Shown here: one piece after another, positions 39,117-52,379 of the stretch | How positions within the stretch are numbered: the first letter of the stretch is position 1 | Layout of the letters: each line of letters starts with the position of its first letter | Origin: Octopus sinensis | Lineage: Eukaryota | Assembly (NCBI RefSeq): GCF_006345805.1 | Contig: NC_042999.1 | Location: forward strand, 79,980,001 to 80,044,000 | Length of the DNA: 64,000 bases | Reading direction: 5' to 3' | Position numbers and translations under genes: made by a program | The notes under the pieces: model-generated | The model's database searches: none | What the model was told of the DNA's origin: nothing | Seen by the model: only the letters and a program-made list of their open reading frames with translations

Positions 39117-42061
39117 TTGAAGACTGGGTGGTAACCATTCACACCACATCCCTTCTTCATTCTCTGAGACCCACCTTGACAACTCCCACTTGGAAGCCGA
39201 AGTGAGAGTGAAGAATTCACAACCATCCCGCGGGATCGTATCGGCAGGAGGAAGGGTGGAACTGCCATTTTCCTGCATGATTCATTTACGGCAGATGAAA
39301 TAGTATATTCTCCAACGGCTACTGTGAATCAGTCACCGTGCACAACAAAGCCAATGACCTGACAGTAATTGGGCTCTATAGGCCGCCCCAAACACCCATA
39401 CTGTGCTTTTAAAGAATGCCTCAACAGCATTAAGTGCTTTATTCAACAGTGCCATTCTAGCAACATACTCATGATGGGAGACTTCAATCTACCCTGTGTT
39501 GACTGGACTACAAACTGTTTGAAACCAAGCACTCCCGCCTCAACCGCTGACAAAGAAGCAGCAGAGTCACTTTTCGACTTTACGAATGAGTTTTTCTTGT
39601 CCCAACTTGTCCATGCACCAACAAGACATCAGAACATTTTGGACCTAGTGTTTAGTAACCACACTAACACTATACATAACGTTACAGTGGAAAAAAACCC
39701 TTCTTCCAGACCATGACATGGTTCTCTGTAACATGAAATTCCACCAGCCGAAAGCTAATCCTAGTGACCTTCCTCCAGCCCACCCATTTGACAACATGGA
39801 TCTCCATAAAGCCAACTGGGATGCAATCAGGAACGAGCTATCAAATGTTGACTGGTCCTTTACACATACACACATCTCCACCAACCATAAAACATCTTGG
39901 CAGATCTTGTAGACACCGTCACAGACATATGTGCAAAACACTCCCCACCAAGACCTGTGAACAAAAATTGCAGAATCCCCCAAAACAGAAAAACCATATC
40001 AGAAAAATAAAAAGAACAAACAAAAAAATTAACAAACTAAAGTACTGCCAACAGCAACACACACATTCGACGGCTATCGCACTGCTTGAATCCAAAAAAT
40101 ATAACCTCCAACAATGCATGAAGACCCTCATCAATAACCAAAGATCAGCTGAGGAAGAAGTGGGCCATTGAAAAAATCAAACTCAACCCTAAAGTGTTCT
40201 TTTCATTTGCGAGAAACGCAGGGTCACTGTCTCCACTGTAGGCCCTCTAATTGACGAAACTGGCACTCTCCAAGATAATGCCAAATCCATGGCCGAGATA
40301 CTGCAGAAACAATACTGCTCTGTTTTCAGCAATCCTGATATGGCCGATCTGGGCTGTATCAGTGATGTCAACCCCCAACACACTATATCGGACATAACGT
40401 TTAGTGCCCCTGATGTCTTAGCGGCGATAAACGAAATAAAACACAATTCAGCAGTAGGCCCCGATAGGTTCCCTGCTTGTGTCCTGAAGGTGTGTCGACA
40501 CCAACTTGCATCTCCCCTTGCTAATCTGTGTGGAGAAACTCACTGGATGCTGGCTATATTCCAAAAAACATTCTGTCCCAGTCTCTTGTCCAGTTTTCAA
40601 AAAGGGAAACAAGTCCCTTGCAGTGAATTACCGTCCGATTCCACTCACCTCTCATATCATCAAGGTATTTGAGAGGGTGGTGAGATCTCGAATAACCCAA
40701 TTTCTGGAAAGCAACAGACGGCTGATCTCCAACCAACATGGGTTCCGTAATGGAAGGGACTGCCTAACGCAGCTCCTGCATCACTTTGAGGACATTTTGA
40801 GAGCTTTGGGAGAGGGCTCCAACACCGATGTCATCTACCTTGATTTCAGTAAGGCCTTCGACAGGGTCGATCACAAGATCCTATTGAAAAAACTATCCAA
40901 CATTGGTGTCTCTGGAAAGTTACTGAAATGGATCAAGTGTTTCCTGACAGACAGATCTCAACATGTTGTAGTTGAAGGGGTAAAATCAAGCCAGCCAAAG
41001 TCAGTAGTGGCGTTCCGCAAGGCACTGTGCTGGGCCCACTTCTTTTCATCATTTACATTAATGACACATTAATGACATCATCAAGGCACAGCAACATAAA
41101 AAATCTTTGCAGATGACTCCAAGCTACAGAAGTCATAAATGAGGCGAGTGACCGGACATGCCTTCAGTCAGATCTACTGGCTGTTATCCAATGGGCGACA
41201 GAAAAAAACAATATGCTGCTGAACGAGGAAAAATTTGAGCTAATCCACTTTGGAAAAGAGGATGCCCTGAAACTCCCATACTCCCTTCCTTCAGGTGAAA
41301 CTCTCGCGGCGTCCAACAACATCAGAGACTTGGGAATAAGCTGGGCCACTCATATAAACACCAAAGTTGACATGGCCCGCAGAATGTGTTCCTGGATTCT
41401 CAGAACTTTCCAGTCGAGAGATATCCACACCATTATCCTTCTCTTCTCCACTTTTGCCCGACCCCACCTTGAATACTGTTGTCCACTGTGGTCTCCCCAC
41501 ACAATACAAGGTATCATAAAAGTTGAAGCACCTCAAAGGGCAATCACAAAAAAGATAGATGGCATGACAGCCTCGACTATTGGGGTCGACTAGAAAAGCT
41601 AAAACTCTATTCTCTCCAACGTCGTCGTGAGCGCTACGTCATCTGCATGATGTGGAAAATATTCCATCAGCATTGCCCAAATGATGTTGGCATCACCTTT
41701 AAGGTACATCCAAGGCTTGGGCCCCGTGCCATCCGCCCAAAACAAAAATCGCACTCTCATCTCATAACACAATACGGCACAATTATTTCACCTCAATTGG
41801 CCCGCTCTCTTAACATTACACCAAAACACATTAAAACAGAAACTGACCCTATAGGGTTCAAGAAGTCTTTGGACAGATTCCTTCAAGAAATCCCGGAAAA
41901 ACCCCCTACACCCGGATATGTCTCTGTAAACAATAACTCTCTACTTGAGTGGGCCATAGTGCCCAAATTCTGACTTGAAAGACTTCACCAGTGGTGCTAT
42001 TAAGTTAGACATGGCCCTGGCCAATAATGGCCGAAACCTATCAAAGTATCAAAGTATCAAA

Positions 42062-42063
<2 letters not shown>
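39117..42063 (+). mobile_element. CR1-clade LINE ORF2 (APE + RT), ~2.9 kb, many frameshifts, (TATCAAAG)n tail
   Basis: ETHL, YRPP, GDFNLP, SDH (APE); GPD, NYRPIPLTS, QHGFR, YLDFSKAFDRVDH, FADD, LEYCCPLWSPH (RT); inserted in (TA)n. Confidence 0.95.
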
Positions 42064-42093
<30 letters not shown>

Positions 42094-42346
42094 GTATGTA
42101 TGTATATGTATATCTATACACACACATGCGTAATAATTATTTGTAGAAATAATAAGTAATGATTTTTGTTTCTTCAAACATGTTACTTCCAAGACAAAAT
42201 TATACTCAAGTTCAATAATTTTTTTTATTAAATATATCCTGTTGTTAATTTTTTGCGTATATTTTAGTGCAACCGGTTCTTAACCTAAGCTCATTAACCT
42301 TTCAAGAACTTCTCAACATTATCTTCTCTGTAAGTATTTATTACCG

Positions 42347-42553
42347 AAAGGCGGCGAGCTGGCAGGAACGTTAAAACGCCGGGCGAAATGCGTAGCCGTA
42401 TTTCGTCTGCCGTTACGTTCTGAGTTCAAATTCCGCCGAGGTTGATTTTGCCATTCATCCTTTCGGGGTCGATAAATTAAGTACCAGTTACGCACTGGGG
42501 TCGATATAATCGACTTAATCCGTTTGTCTGTCCTTACTTGTCCCCTCTGTGAA
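42347..42553 (+). mobile_element. SINE family D, near full length
   Basis: GAAAGGCGGCGAGCTGGCAG...CTGAGTTCAAATTCCGCCGAGG...GTACCAGTTACGCACTGGGGTCGAT. Confidence 0.85.
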
Positions 42554-42580
42554 GTAAGTATTTACTACTGAGCAACAAGA

Positions 42581-42800
42581 AAGCGGCGAGCTGGCAGAAA
42601 CGACAACACACTGGGTAGAATGCTTAGCTGTATATTTTTTTCCTTCTTTACGTTCTGAGTTCAAATTCTTCTGCGGTCAACTTCTACCTTTCATCATTTT
42701 AGAGGTCGATATAATAAGCACCAGTTGAGCACTGCTTTTGACTTATTCAACTCAATTCCTCCACGAAATTATTGGCCTCGTGCCAAAATTTGAAAGCAAT
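42581..42800 (+). mobile_element. SINE family D, degraded adjacent copy
   Basis: AAGCGGCGAGCTGGCAGAAA...TTCTGAGTTCAAATT. Confidence 0.7.
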
Positions 42801-43025
42801 AGTAAGCAATAAGGAATCAGAGACTAATGTTATAACTGATAAAAATCATTGGTGGTTTTAAAAACTGTTGAATCATTAACTCCTGGTGTACTTCCATAAG
42901 TTATTTCTCTTGTGCTTTATATTTAGGCTGATTTTAAACTTGTTCTGTTTATATTATTGAACAGCTTCCATCGAAAATTTTGTAAAGTTTTTTGTTTTTT
43001 CTTTGGTACTCTAAATATAATAGTA

Positions 43026-43105
43026 GACGCAGATGTGGCTGTGTAGTAAGAAACTTGCTTCCCAACCACACGGTTTTGGGTAATTATCTTCTACTATAGC
43101 CTCGG
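43026..43105 (+). mobile_element. SINE family A 5' fragment
   Basis: ACGCAGATGTGGCTGTGTAGTAAG...CTTCTACTATAGCCTCGG. Confidence 0.65.
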
Positions 43106-43152
43106 TGGAGGCTCAGTGGTTAGGGCAGCGGATTCGCAGTCGGATGATATAT

Positions 43153-43476
43153 ATGGCTCAGTGGTTAGAGCGTCGAGCTTATGATCGCGAGGTTGTGAGT
43201 TCGAATCCCGGACCGGGCTGCGTGTTGTGCTCTTGAGCTAGACACTTTATTTCATGTTGCTCCTGTTCACTCAGCTGTAGAAGTGAGTTGCGACGTCACA
43301 GATGCCAAGCTGTATCCGCCTTTGCCTTTTCCTTGGATAACATCGGTGGCATGGAGAGGGGAGGCCGGTATGCCGGGACGACTGCTGGTCTTCCATAAAC
43401 AACCTTGCTCTGACTTGAGCTTGGGAGGGTAACTTTCTAGGTGCAATCCCATGGGTCAGTCATGACCGAAGGGGGT
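43153..43476 (+). mobile_element. SINE family B, full length
   Basis: Reverse complement of 24980-25311. Confidence 0.88.
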
Positions 43477-43513
43477 ATATTTTATATATATTATATATAT
43501 ATATATATACATG

Positions 43514-43816
43514 AAAACGCAGGGCTTACTGGTTAGGGTATTGCACTCACGATTGCGAGAACATGGATTCGATTCCCAGACCAAACATTGCGTTGTATTC
43601 TTGAGCAAATCACTTCATTTCACGTTGCTCTGCGATCATATCGTCATGTGACGTGTGGTATGTCGCGCACCTGTACAAGTAATGTCCATCTGGTGGAGAG
43701 AGTAAGCCTTTGTAAACACAAACATTTGATCACTATAAACAAATCATTTGTGTGGTTGTTCAGCAAGAAATTGCAGAACCCCTGTACGTCGTCTAACGAC
43801 GGGAGAATCCATGGTT
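43514..43816 (+). mobile_element. SINE family C
   Basis: tRNA-like head GGTTAGGGTATTG...GGATTCGATTCCC; centre TTGAGCAAATCACTTCATTTCACGTTGCTC. Confidence 0.65.
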
Positions 43817-43879
43817 TTATATATATATACACACACGTATGTATGTAGTATGCATGTATGTATTTATATATGTATGTAC

Positions 43880-43923
<44 letters not shown>

Positions 43924-44616
43924 TCCTTTTTCTTTTTGTAATGGAGAGGAGGAAGAAGAAAAATAGCAGATGTAGCAAGAATTTAAACACAGACATCTGT
44001 CCGTGTCACTTATTGCCATCTTTCGGTCATTGAGGTTATAATGTCTTACGTTTATATGTTTGAAGGTGTTTGCTTTAAGTAGAAAGTTTCCTTTTGTTTT
44101 TGCTATTGTTGTTTTTGTTGTTGTGATTGTTGGCAGTGGTGGTGGTGCTGGTGGTGCTGGTGATGGTAGTAGTAGGTTGTGGCGAAGAAATCTGTGATTC
44201 TGGAAGGTCTGCCAAACAAGCATATTTTATTTTATCATTTTGCTTCTTTTTCTTTTAATGTTCTGATATACTGGGTATTTTACTTACAGCACAATGAGTG
44301 TCCATCAAGCAATTTTCTCTCCTCACACTGCCTCATACTTTCTCCTTCTTTTTCTTTTTTTTGTTTTGGATTTTTTAAAAATGTTGTCTTAATTTTTGTT
44401 TTTACTGTTGATGTTGTGATCGTCCTGGTTGCTATTTGTTATTGCTTAAACGACGTTAAATCACACAGAGTACACACGCGTACACAACAAACACACCCGT
44501 ATGTAAATACGAATATAAACGTATATGTATGTTTTGTGTGCATCAGTGATTTTGTATACATATATACACACATGCATACATACGCACACACACATGCATG
44601 CATACATACGTACAGA

Positions 44617-44680
<64 letters not shown>

Positions 44681-44730
44681 ATATACATATTGCTATAAAT
44701 ATACATATATAAAATATATACACACCTACA

Positions 44731-44910
44731 GTTCTATATTTAAGAGATGAGGAATTATGCACATTATTTACATTATTTATATTTGACGGATGTTTGTCCT
44801 CATCCTGTTTGTTGTTAACACAACGTTTTGGCTGATAAACCCTCAGCCTTCATCGGGTGTCTTGGGGAAATTTTGAACTTGGGTTCTTATTCCTAAGGTA
44901 TTTTTCGATT

Positions 44911-44960
<50 letters not shown>

Positions 44961-45041
44961 TATTATTCAGGTCACTGCTGGAATCGAACTCGGAATCTTG
45001 GGGTTAGTAGCCCGCGCACTTGACCACTACGCCTTATGTCC
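44731..45041 (-). mobile_element. tRNA-headed SINE-like element with hammerhead-like motif in its 3' part
   Basis: Minus head GGCGTAGTGGTCAAG...GAGTTCGATTCC, (AAT)n, then GACAC CCGATGA A GGCTG-loop-CAGCC AAAA CGTT GTGTT at 44861-44817; 3' boundary uncertain. Confidence 0.65.
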
Positions 45042-45055
45042 AAGTGCATAACGAG

Positions 45056-45651
45056 TCAGGATAGAAAATGCTAAAATAATGTTATAAAGAGCATTTCAGT
45101 ACCGGTTTCATTCATTGAGACCTTTTCAACTGTAACAATTAAATAATTAAATTTAGAAAAATTAAAAGAAAAGTTTTTTTAAAAAAATATTTGTATAGTG
45201 TTCAAATATAAGGGGCATTTTCCTTGTTTCTGCCTTTCTTTGTCTCTCTTGTTTACTCTTGTGGGTTCGAGGTCATTGTGAATTCTTGGTAGGGAAAAGA
45301 AGAAGAAGGAGGAGGAGGAGAAGGGGAGGAAGAAGACGAAAAATTTGGCAGTGCCTTGATTGTAGTATTTTGAATGGTCAGTGGAGGTTAGTAGTTGCTG
45401 TTCCTTCTTCTTCCCTACCAAGAATTCACAACGACCTCGAACCCACAAGAGTAAACAAGAGGAACAGAGAAAGGTAGAAACAAGGAAAATGCCACTTATA
45501 TTTGAACACTATACAAATATTCTTTAAAAAAAAATTTTCTTTTAATTTTTCTAAATTTAATTATTTAATTGTTACAGTTGAAAATGTCTCAATGACTGAA
45601 ACCGGTACTGAAATGTTCTTTATAACATTTTTTTAGCATTTTCTATCTTGA
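45056..45651. repeat. ~600 bp inverted-repeat element, a hammerhead-like motif in each arm
   Basis: Arms ~45056-45310 and ~45402-45651, ~90 bp spacer; motifs at 45094-45136(-) and 45571-45614(+). Confidence 0.88.
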
Positions 45652-46039
45652 AATTTTTTTCCATATATATATAAGGACAACAGTAGTGCCATGCCGTATG
45701 GAAATTAAATACATCGAATAATTAAGTCAGAAGTCTAATGAACCTGAAAAATGATTAGATGTGGTATCGTCAATTTTGAAATGCTCTTGTTTTTAAGGCC
45801 CACCAGTCAGACCTGTGTTGAGGCTAAACAACGATAACAACAATAACAATAACTGTAACAACACAAGTAATTGTAAGTAAAATTATATGGCTTGAATAAT
45901 AACTGCTTCCGAGGTTCCGCTCGCTATGAAACTATGTAGCCCGGATTTTATCTACTCCATTCCTTAACTTTTACCCACACATCCCACACCCACATACCCC
46001 AATCCTACCCCCAGACCTCCACCACACACATTCTCACAT

Positions 46040-46722
46040 GCACACACACGCACGCGAACCTTCGTTTTGGGATCACCTATACTTTATTATCTCTTATTCT
46101 TTCTACCTCTCCTGTGAAAACTTTTTTTCCTCAACCAGTTGCCATGCTTGATCGCTAAATAACAAGTTTTTAAAATTCTCTCTCTCTTTATTTTCTCTTA
46201 TTCCTTTCTGTTGAAGAGAGTAAGCTCGAAACGTAAAAGACTTTCTCACTTTCCCGAGCGTCAAACTAATACACCTGCTTGTTGTTCATACCTCTATCTT
46301 CGTCTTTTGTTCTTCTGTAAATTTCAGCTATATATATATATACACCACTATACCACACAACACATCACATCACAACACACCACCATGCACACATCAGCAC
46401 TTATCACTTCCCAGACCCACATTTTCACACCTACACATACACACACGCACACGTCAAGATCACCAGCCCTCTTCGATACGCACAAACTCTCTTATACACA
46501 CGCCCGCGCACCTTCGTTTTGGGATCACCACTACTTCATTATCTTCCCTTCTCCCTAGCTCTCCTGTGTGGCCTTTCTGTCCGGCATTCGCCATGATAGA
46601 TCGCTAGCCACTACACATTCTTTATTTTCTCTCCTTGTTTCTGTCTGTGTTCTTTTTGGGGAAGAGCGTAGACTCCAAACGTAAAAGACTTTTCGTCTTT
46701 TGTTTTTTTGTGAATTCTCCCT
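46040..46722 (+). mobile_element. Two tandem PLE pseudo-LTR-like units (~46040-46328, ~46500-46722)
   Basis: Shared ACCTTCGTTTTGGGATCACC...GAAGAG.GTA.GCTCGAAACGTAAAAGAC; same family as 61690-61905. Confidence 0.65.
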
Positions 46723-46734
46723 ATATAATATATA

Positions 46735-46800
<66 letters not shown>

Positions 46801-47010
46801 TATATATATACACATATATACATATATACACATATACACATATACATATATATTGATTCGGGGCCCATGCAACTTAAAATTTCATAAGCTAACCAACAGG
46901 GGCCTGACAAGCTAGGTTCCTATGCTGAGCGTATATGTATATTTTTGACTTTCGTGTGCGAAGTACAAGTCACAATCAGTATACGGTCCGGTATAATGCA
47001 ACACTAAAAT

Positions 47011-47053
<43 letters not shown>

Positions 47054-47694
47054 ATACACACATAAACACACACACACTCATTACGGAGACCATACACGGC
47101 CGCATGCATTTAACTAGTATGTAGATTAACTAAAATCATTTTCATAATTTTCTTTCTTTTTTTTTTGCTTTTTAATGTCAAGTTTGATTTTTCTGTTGCT
47201 TCACTTATCTTTTCAATTCTGTTTTCTTTAACACTTTACAAAACAAGAAACTTGTAGCTAAAGCTATCACTCCGCTTTAATTGCTAAGTAATACATAAGC
47301 CATTCTCTCTCTCTACGTTAGTAGTAGAGTGCTGGCTGTCATTTTTCTTATCTTCGCCGTGATTATCACTGCTGTTGTCATCATGATCATCCTGATGTCG
47401 ACGATAATGATGATGATGATGATGACCACCACCACCACCACCAACAACAACAACACCATCATCATCATTATTATGCTTTTCTCATATTTTCACTGATACT
47501 TTTTAGTAATTCAAAAGATGTCAACTTCTCTCCATTCCTCTCCACCCTTACTCTTTCTCTTTAAACGTTCGCATATATGGGTGTGTATATGTCCATAAAT
47601 GTGTATGTGAGAGCGCGTTTTCATTCGTTTAATCTTACACATGTTCTTTATCCTTGGACTTCTATGTAAATATATGTGTGTGTGTGTGGTATAA

Positions 47695-47776
<82 letters not shown>

Positions 47777-47867
47777 CATATATACATATACATGTATGTG
47801 CTATGCATGTCTGTATACACATAGAAATACATATTCATACATATACATACATGTACATATAACTGTG

Positions 47868-47900
<33 letters not shown>

Positions 47901-50220
47901 CGTATGTATGTATGTGTGTGTGTATATAAACATATATATAGCATATATATATATATATATAAGATGTACATAAACACATACAAGCGTGTACATGTAAGCG
48001 TGTTACCGTGCGTCTGTGTGCGTGCATACATTTGTGCGTTGTATGTGTGTATGTGTGTGTGTGAGAGATAGAGAGAGAGAGAGGGGGGAGTGTGTTTGTT
48101 TCATTCGTCTGCATTTCTTTCTGCCCCACGTTTACAATTTAAGATGGATAGCATATACAAACTCTTTCACCTGCCAGGTGAGTAAAAGTGGTGTCAAGAC
48201 AGATATAATTGCTCTTTATTTATTTATTTATTCATTTATTTATATGTCTATCGACATCATCTTCGTCTTTCTCATCCTTACTGTTACCATGGTCGCCGTC
48301 AACGCCGTAATGAACACTACTCTCTTCGTCAGGTGTCAGAAGTTAGTTGAACCATCATACTCTGTACGTACCACGTCAGTCTGCACTGGTTTGGCCATTG
48401 TACAAATTGTCCGTACGTATACATAGACATAATTCTGTGTGTATGCGTGCGCGTGTCTGTGTGTGTGTGTATGTGTGTGTGTACGTATATGTATATACCT
48501 ATATACACACACGCATACGCAAACATACACACACACGCACACACATACACACGCAGATACACACGCAGATACACACATATATATGTATATATATGTGTGT
48601 ATATATATATATATACTCATATATATACATATATTTTTATATATATTCTCTTATGTGTATATACTCATATGCACATATATATATATGTGTGTGCGTGTGT
48701 GTGTGCGCGCGCGCGTGTGTGGTGTGTGTTTGTAAAACTGATGACTTGCTTGGCTGTGTGCATCTGTATGCAAATGTCATTCTGTGTTGTATGCGTGCGT
48801 CTTTTTGTGTACATGTCATTTTGTTTGTTGTCATTGAAATGACAGTAAGAGGTATGTAGTGCGCTAGAAATGTCTAGAGTGCTGAACAAAATATTTTTTC
48901 TTGCATTTAGTTAATATCCCTTCTGGTTCTTAGCTCAAAGGCTAACGATTTTAATTCTTCTTTCTGTCGCTTTAAGGATTGTTGAGTGATTATTATACAG
49001 TTAATTCCTGAAAGATTAAGAACATATATACACTATTTAAAATATATTAAAATTCATCTGTTATCCTAAACTTCAATTTCGGAGAGTGCGAGCAGATGTG
49101 GATGGTTTAAGGGGTAGAAAATACTAATGGTATATCCGTAGCGAAACAGATCACCTGATCATTATTTGCCTACCTGTGGAAAGGCTGAGAGGTGTGAGTC
49201 ACTCTGCATCGCAGCTCCCTTTGCGATTGCGCCATATCTGTTGCAATGACAAAAAGGGTGACAGCCAATTCCACTACAAGAGTAAAAACTCCAAGAACAA
49301 CAAAGTATTTCTCCACTTACTGAAAGGCGCGAAAACAACAGCAATAACACCAATACCACCAACAACTACCAACAGCAATAACACCAATACCACCACCGCC
49401 ACCACCACCACTATCAACAACAATAACAACAACAACAAACGATACAGAGGAAATCAGATGCTAATCCAGCCGTGCTTTGGGATATGGAAGCGGTCGCGAA
49501 CGGCACAAAAGCACATGAATAGGTGATTACCGAACGACCTCCTAAAAGGAAAAGAGAGCTGGCTGATGAATATTCTGACTTGAAACTCAAATCCCCGAAG
49601 TTTGGGAGTACCCACTTCAATTGCTCAGGAAAACGTGCGCCCAATCACTAATCCTGGGTGGCAGGCCAACAATCACAACAGATGCGTCAACAACAGCCAC
49701 AACAATAACGATTTCAACAGCAGCAAGTGACAAACCAATAACAGACACACCAAGAATAGAGACAGAAACAATTATATCCTAAATAATAGCGAAAGAAACG
49801 TCAAGATCGGCAGTTAAACCAACTATGGTGATAGTAATCACATACCACAAGAAACGGAATATATTTATAGCAACCACTCACGGACGATATATTCAACTAC
49901 ACAGTTCTCTTTCGGAGAACTGTGTAGTTGATAAAGACTGTAACCTTCAGCAAAAGCAAAATTTGCCGAACGAAGAGGGTCTTGATACTGTTACCATCCC
50001 CAAAACTCCACAAGGAAGAGTTCTGGTAAGAACTACTCCAACAAAGTATCATTTTGAGAAAGCGTTTTCCTATCACTGGAAGATTTTTAGGTTGTGGACT
50101 ATGGACTACTGCCAAAAATCTTTGGCAGTAGTCCATAGTCCACAGTACTATAGAATAGAGGGCGAATTACCTGTTCGATACTAGTTCTTTGCGCCCGGAA
50201 ACGTCAAAAGCAGGACGTGT

Positions 50221-50624
50221 ACTCTTTACTCTTTTACTTGTTTCAGTCATTTGACTGCGGCCATGCTGGAGCACCGCCTTTAATCGAACAACTCGACCCC
50301 GGGACTTATTCTTTTGTAAGGCCAGTACTTATTCTATCGGTCTATTTTGCCGAACCGCTAAGTAACGGGGACATAAACACACCAGCATCGGTTGTCAAGC
50401 AAATGCTAGGGGTCAAACACAGACGCACAAACACACACACGCATATATATATATATACATATATACGACGGGCTTCTTTCAGTTTCCGTCTACCAAATCC
50501 ACTCACAAGGCTTTGGTCGGCCCGATACTATAGTAGAAGACACTTGCCCAAGGTGCCACGCAGTGGGACTGAACCCGGAACCATGTGGTAAACAAGCTAC
50601 TTACCACACAGCCACTCCTGCGCC
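50221..50624 (-). mobile_element. SINE family A, full length
   Basis: Reverse complement of 5699-6128. Confidence 0.9.
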
Positions 50625-50634
50625 TATAGTTTTC

Positions 50635-51288
50635 CTACAAGGGAACGAAATTGTTTTGCATGCTATCGTTCAGTAACCGTGCATTAGCCACTTGTGTACC
50701 TGCCGAACAGATTCTGTCACGTGTAGTAATCCTGTCCATTGATTTTAGAGTGAAGATCAACGCGTCACTTTCATTTGACAGAGTAGGGAAGCAAATCATT
50801 ATTTGCTTGGTGGCTGTGGTGTAAAAGTTTGTATGGGGGGCGTATCTGAAAGGTTTGAAAACAAGTGCATTCCTGCTTGGTCAAGCTGTCATCATATTTT
50901 TTAAGTACTAATAAAAGAGGAAAGTGAAGGTAGTGAGAGAGATCTTGGCTTTTAGTACTATTATCTAATGGTGGCTGAGAGAGGAGTTGTAACACTAGTG
51001 AGTCTAAATGGGACGACTCTGAGTATAATTTTCTAAGTAAGAGGAAAGATACTAGAATAAGGCACTTTCAATGCATTGGAAACAGTACGTAATCTGGCCT
51101 TTTTGTGTAACGTTTTCCTCGACTCACCCAAGGTAGACTGCTCCGCTATTGACGATTCTATTTTATTTATTTATTTTTCAAAATTCTATTTTTATATCCA
51201 TTGTGATATCTTTATTGATTTTATGAGTTGTATTTCGTCCTTTGATGTAGTACTCAATTTCATGGGTCCGTGTGGCCAATAAAAGAAA
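50635..51288 (+). mobile_element. L1/Tx1-clade LINE 3' end, copy 2
   Basis: EIVLHAIVQ*P...FDRVGKQIIICLVAVV*KFVW...FFKY**KRKVKVVRE; ends GTGTGGCCAATAAAAGAAAT before a microsatellite. Confidence 0.72.
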
Positions 51289-51357
51289 TCATCATGCTTC
51301 TTTTTCTTCGTCGTCTTCTTCTTCTTCTTCTTCTTCTTCTTCTTCTTCTTCTTCTTC

Positions 51358-51427
<70 letters not shown>

Positions 51428-51444
51428 CATCATCATCATAATCA

Positions 51445-52295
<851 letters not shown>

Positions 52296-52379
52296 TTTTC
52301 CATTATCATCATCATCAACGTCAATATTTCCATTATCATCATTATTCTCTCTGACCGCATAGAAGATTTTCATTTCCTT

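Noticed and set aside
44975-45041. tRNA gene calls for SINE heads (also 25240-25311, 43153-43220)
   Set aside because: No complete cloverleaf or terminator; each continues into a SINE body
48144-48183. Possible micro-exon MDSIYKLFHLP with CAG|GTGAGT donor
   Set aside because: Isolated strong donor only; no supporting exons
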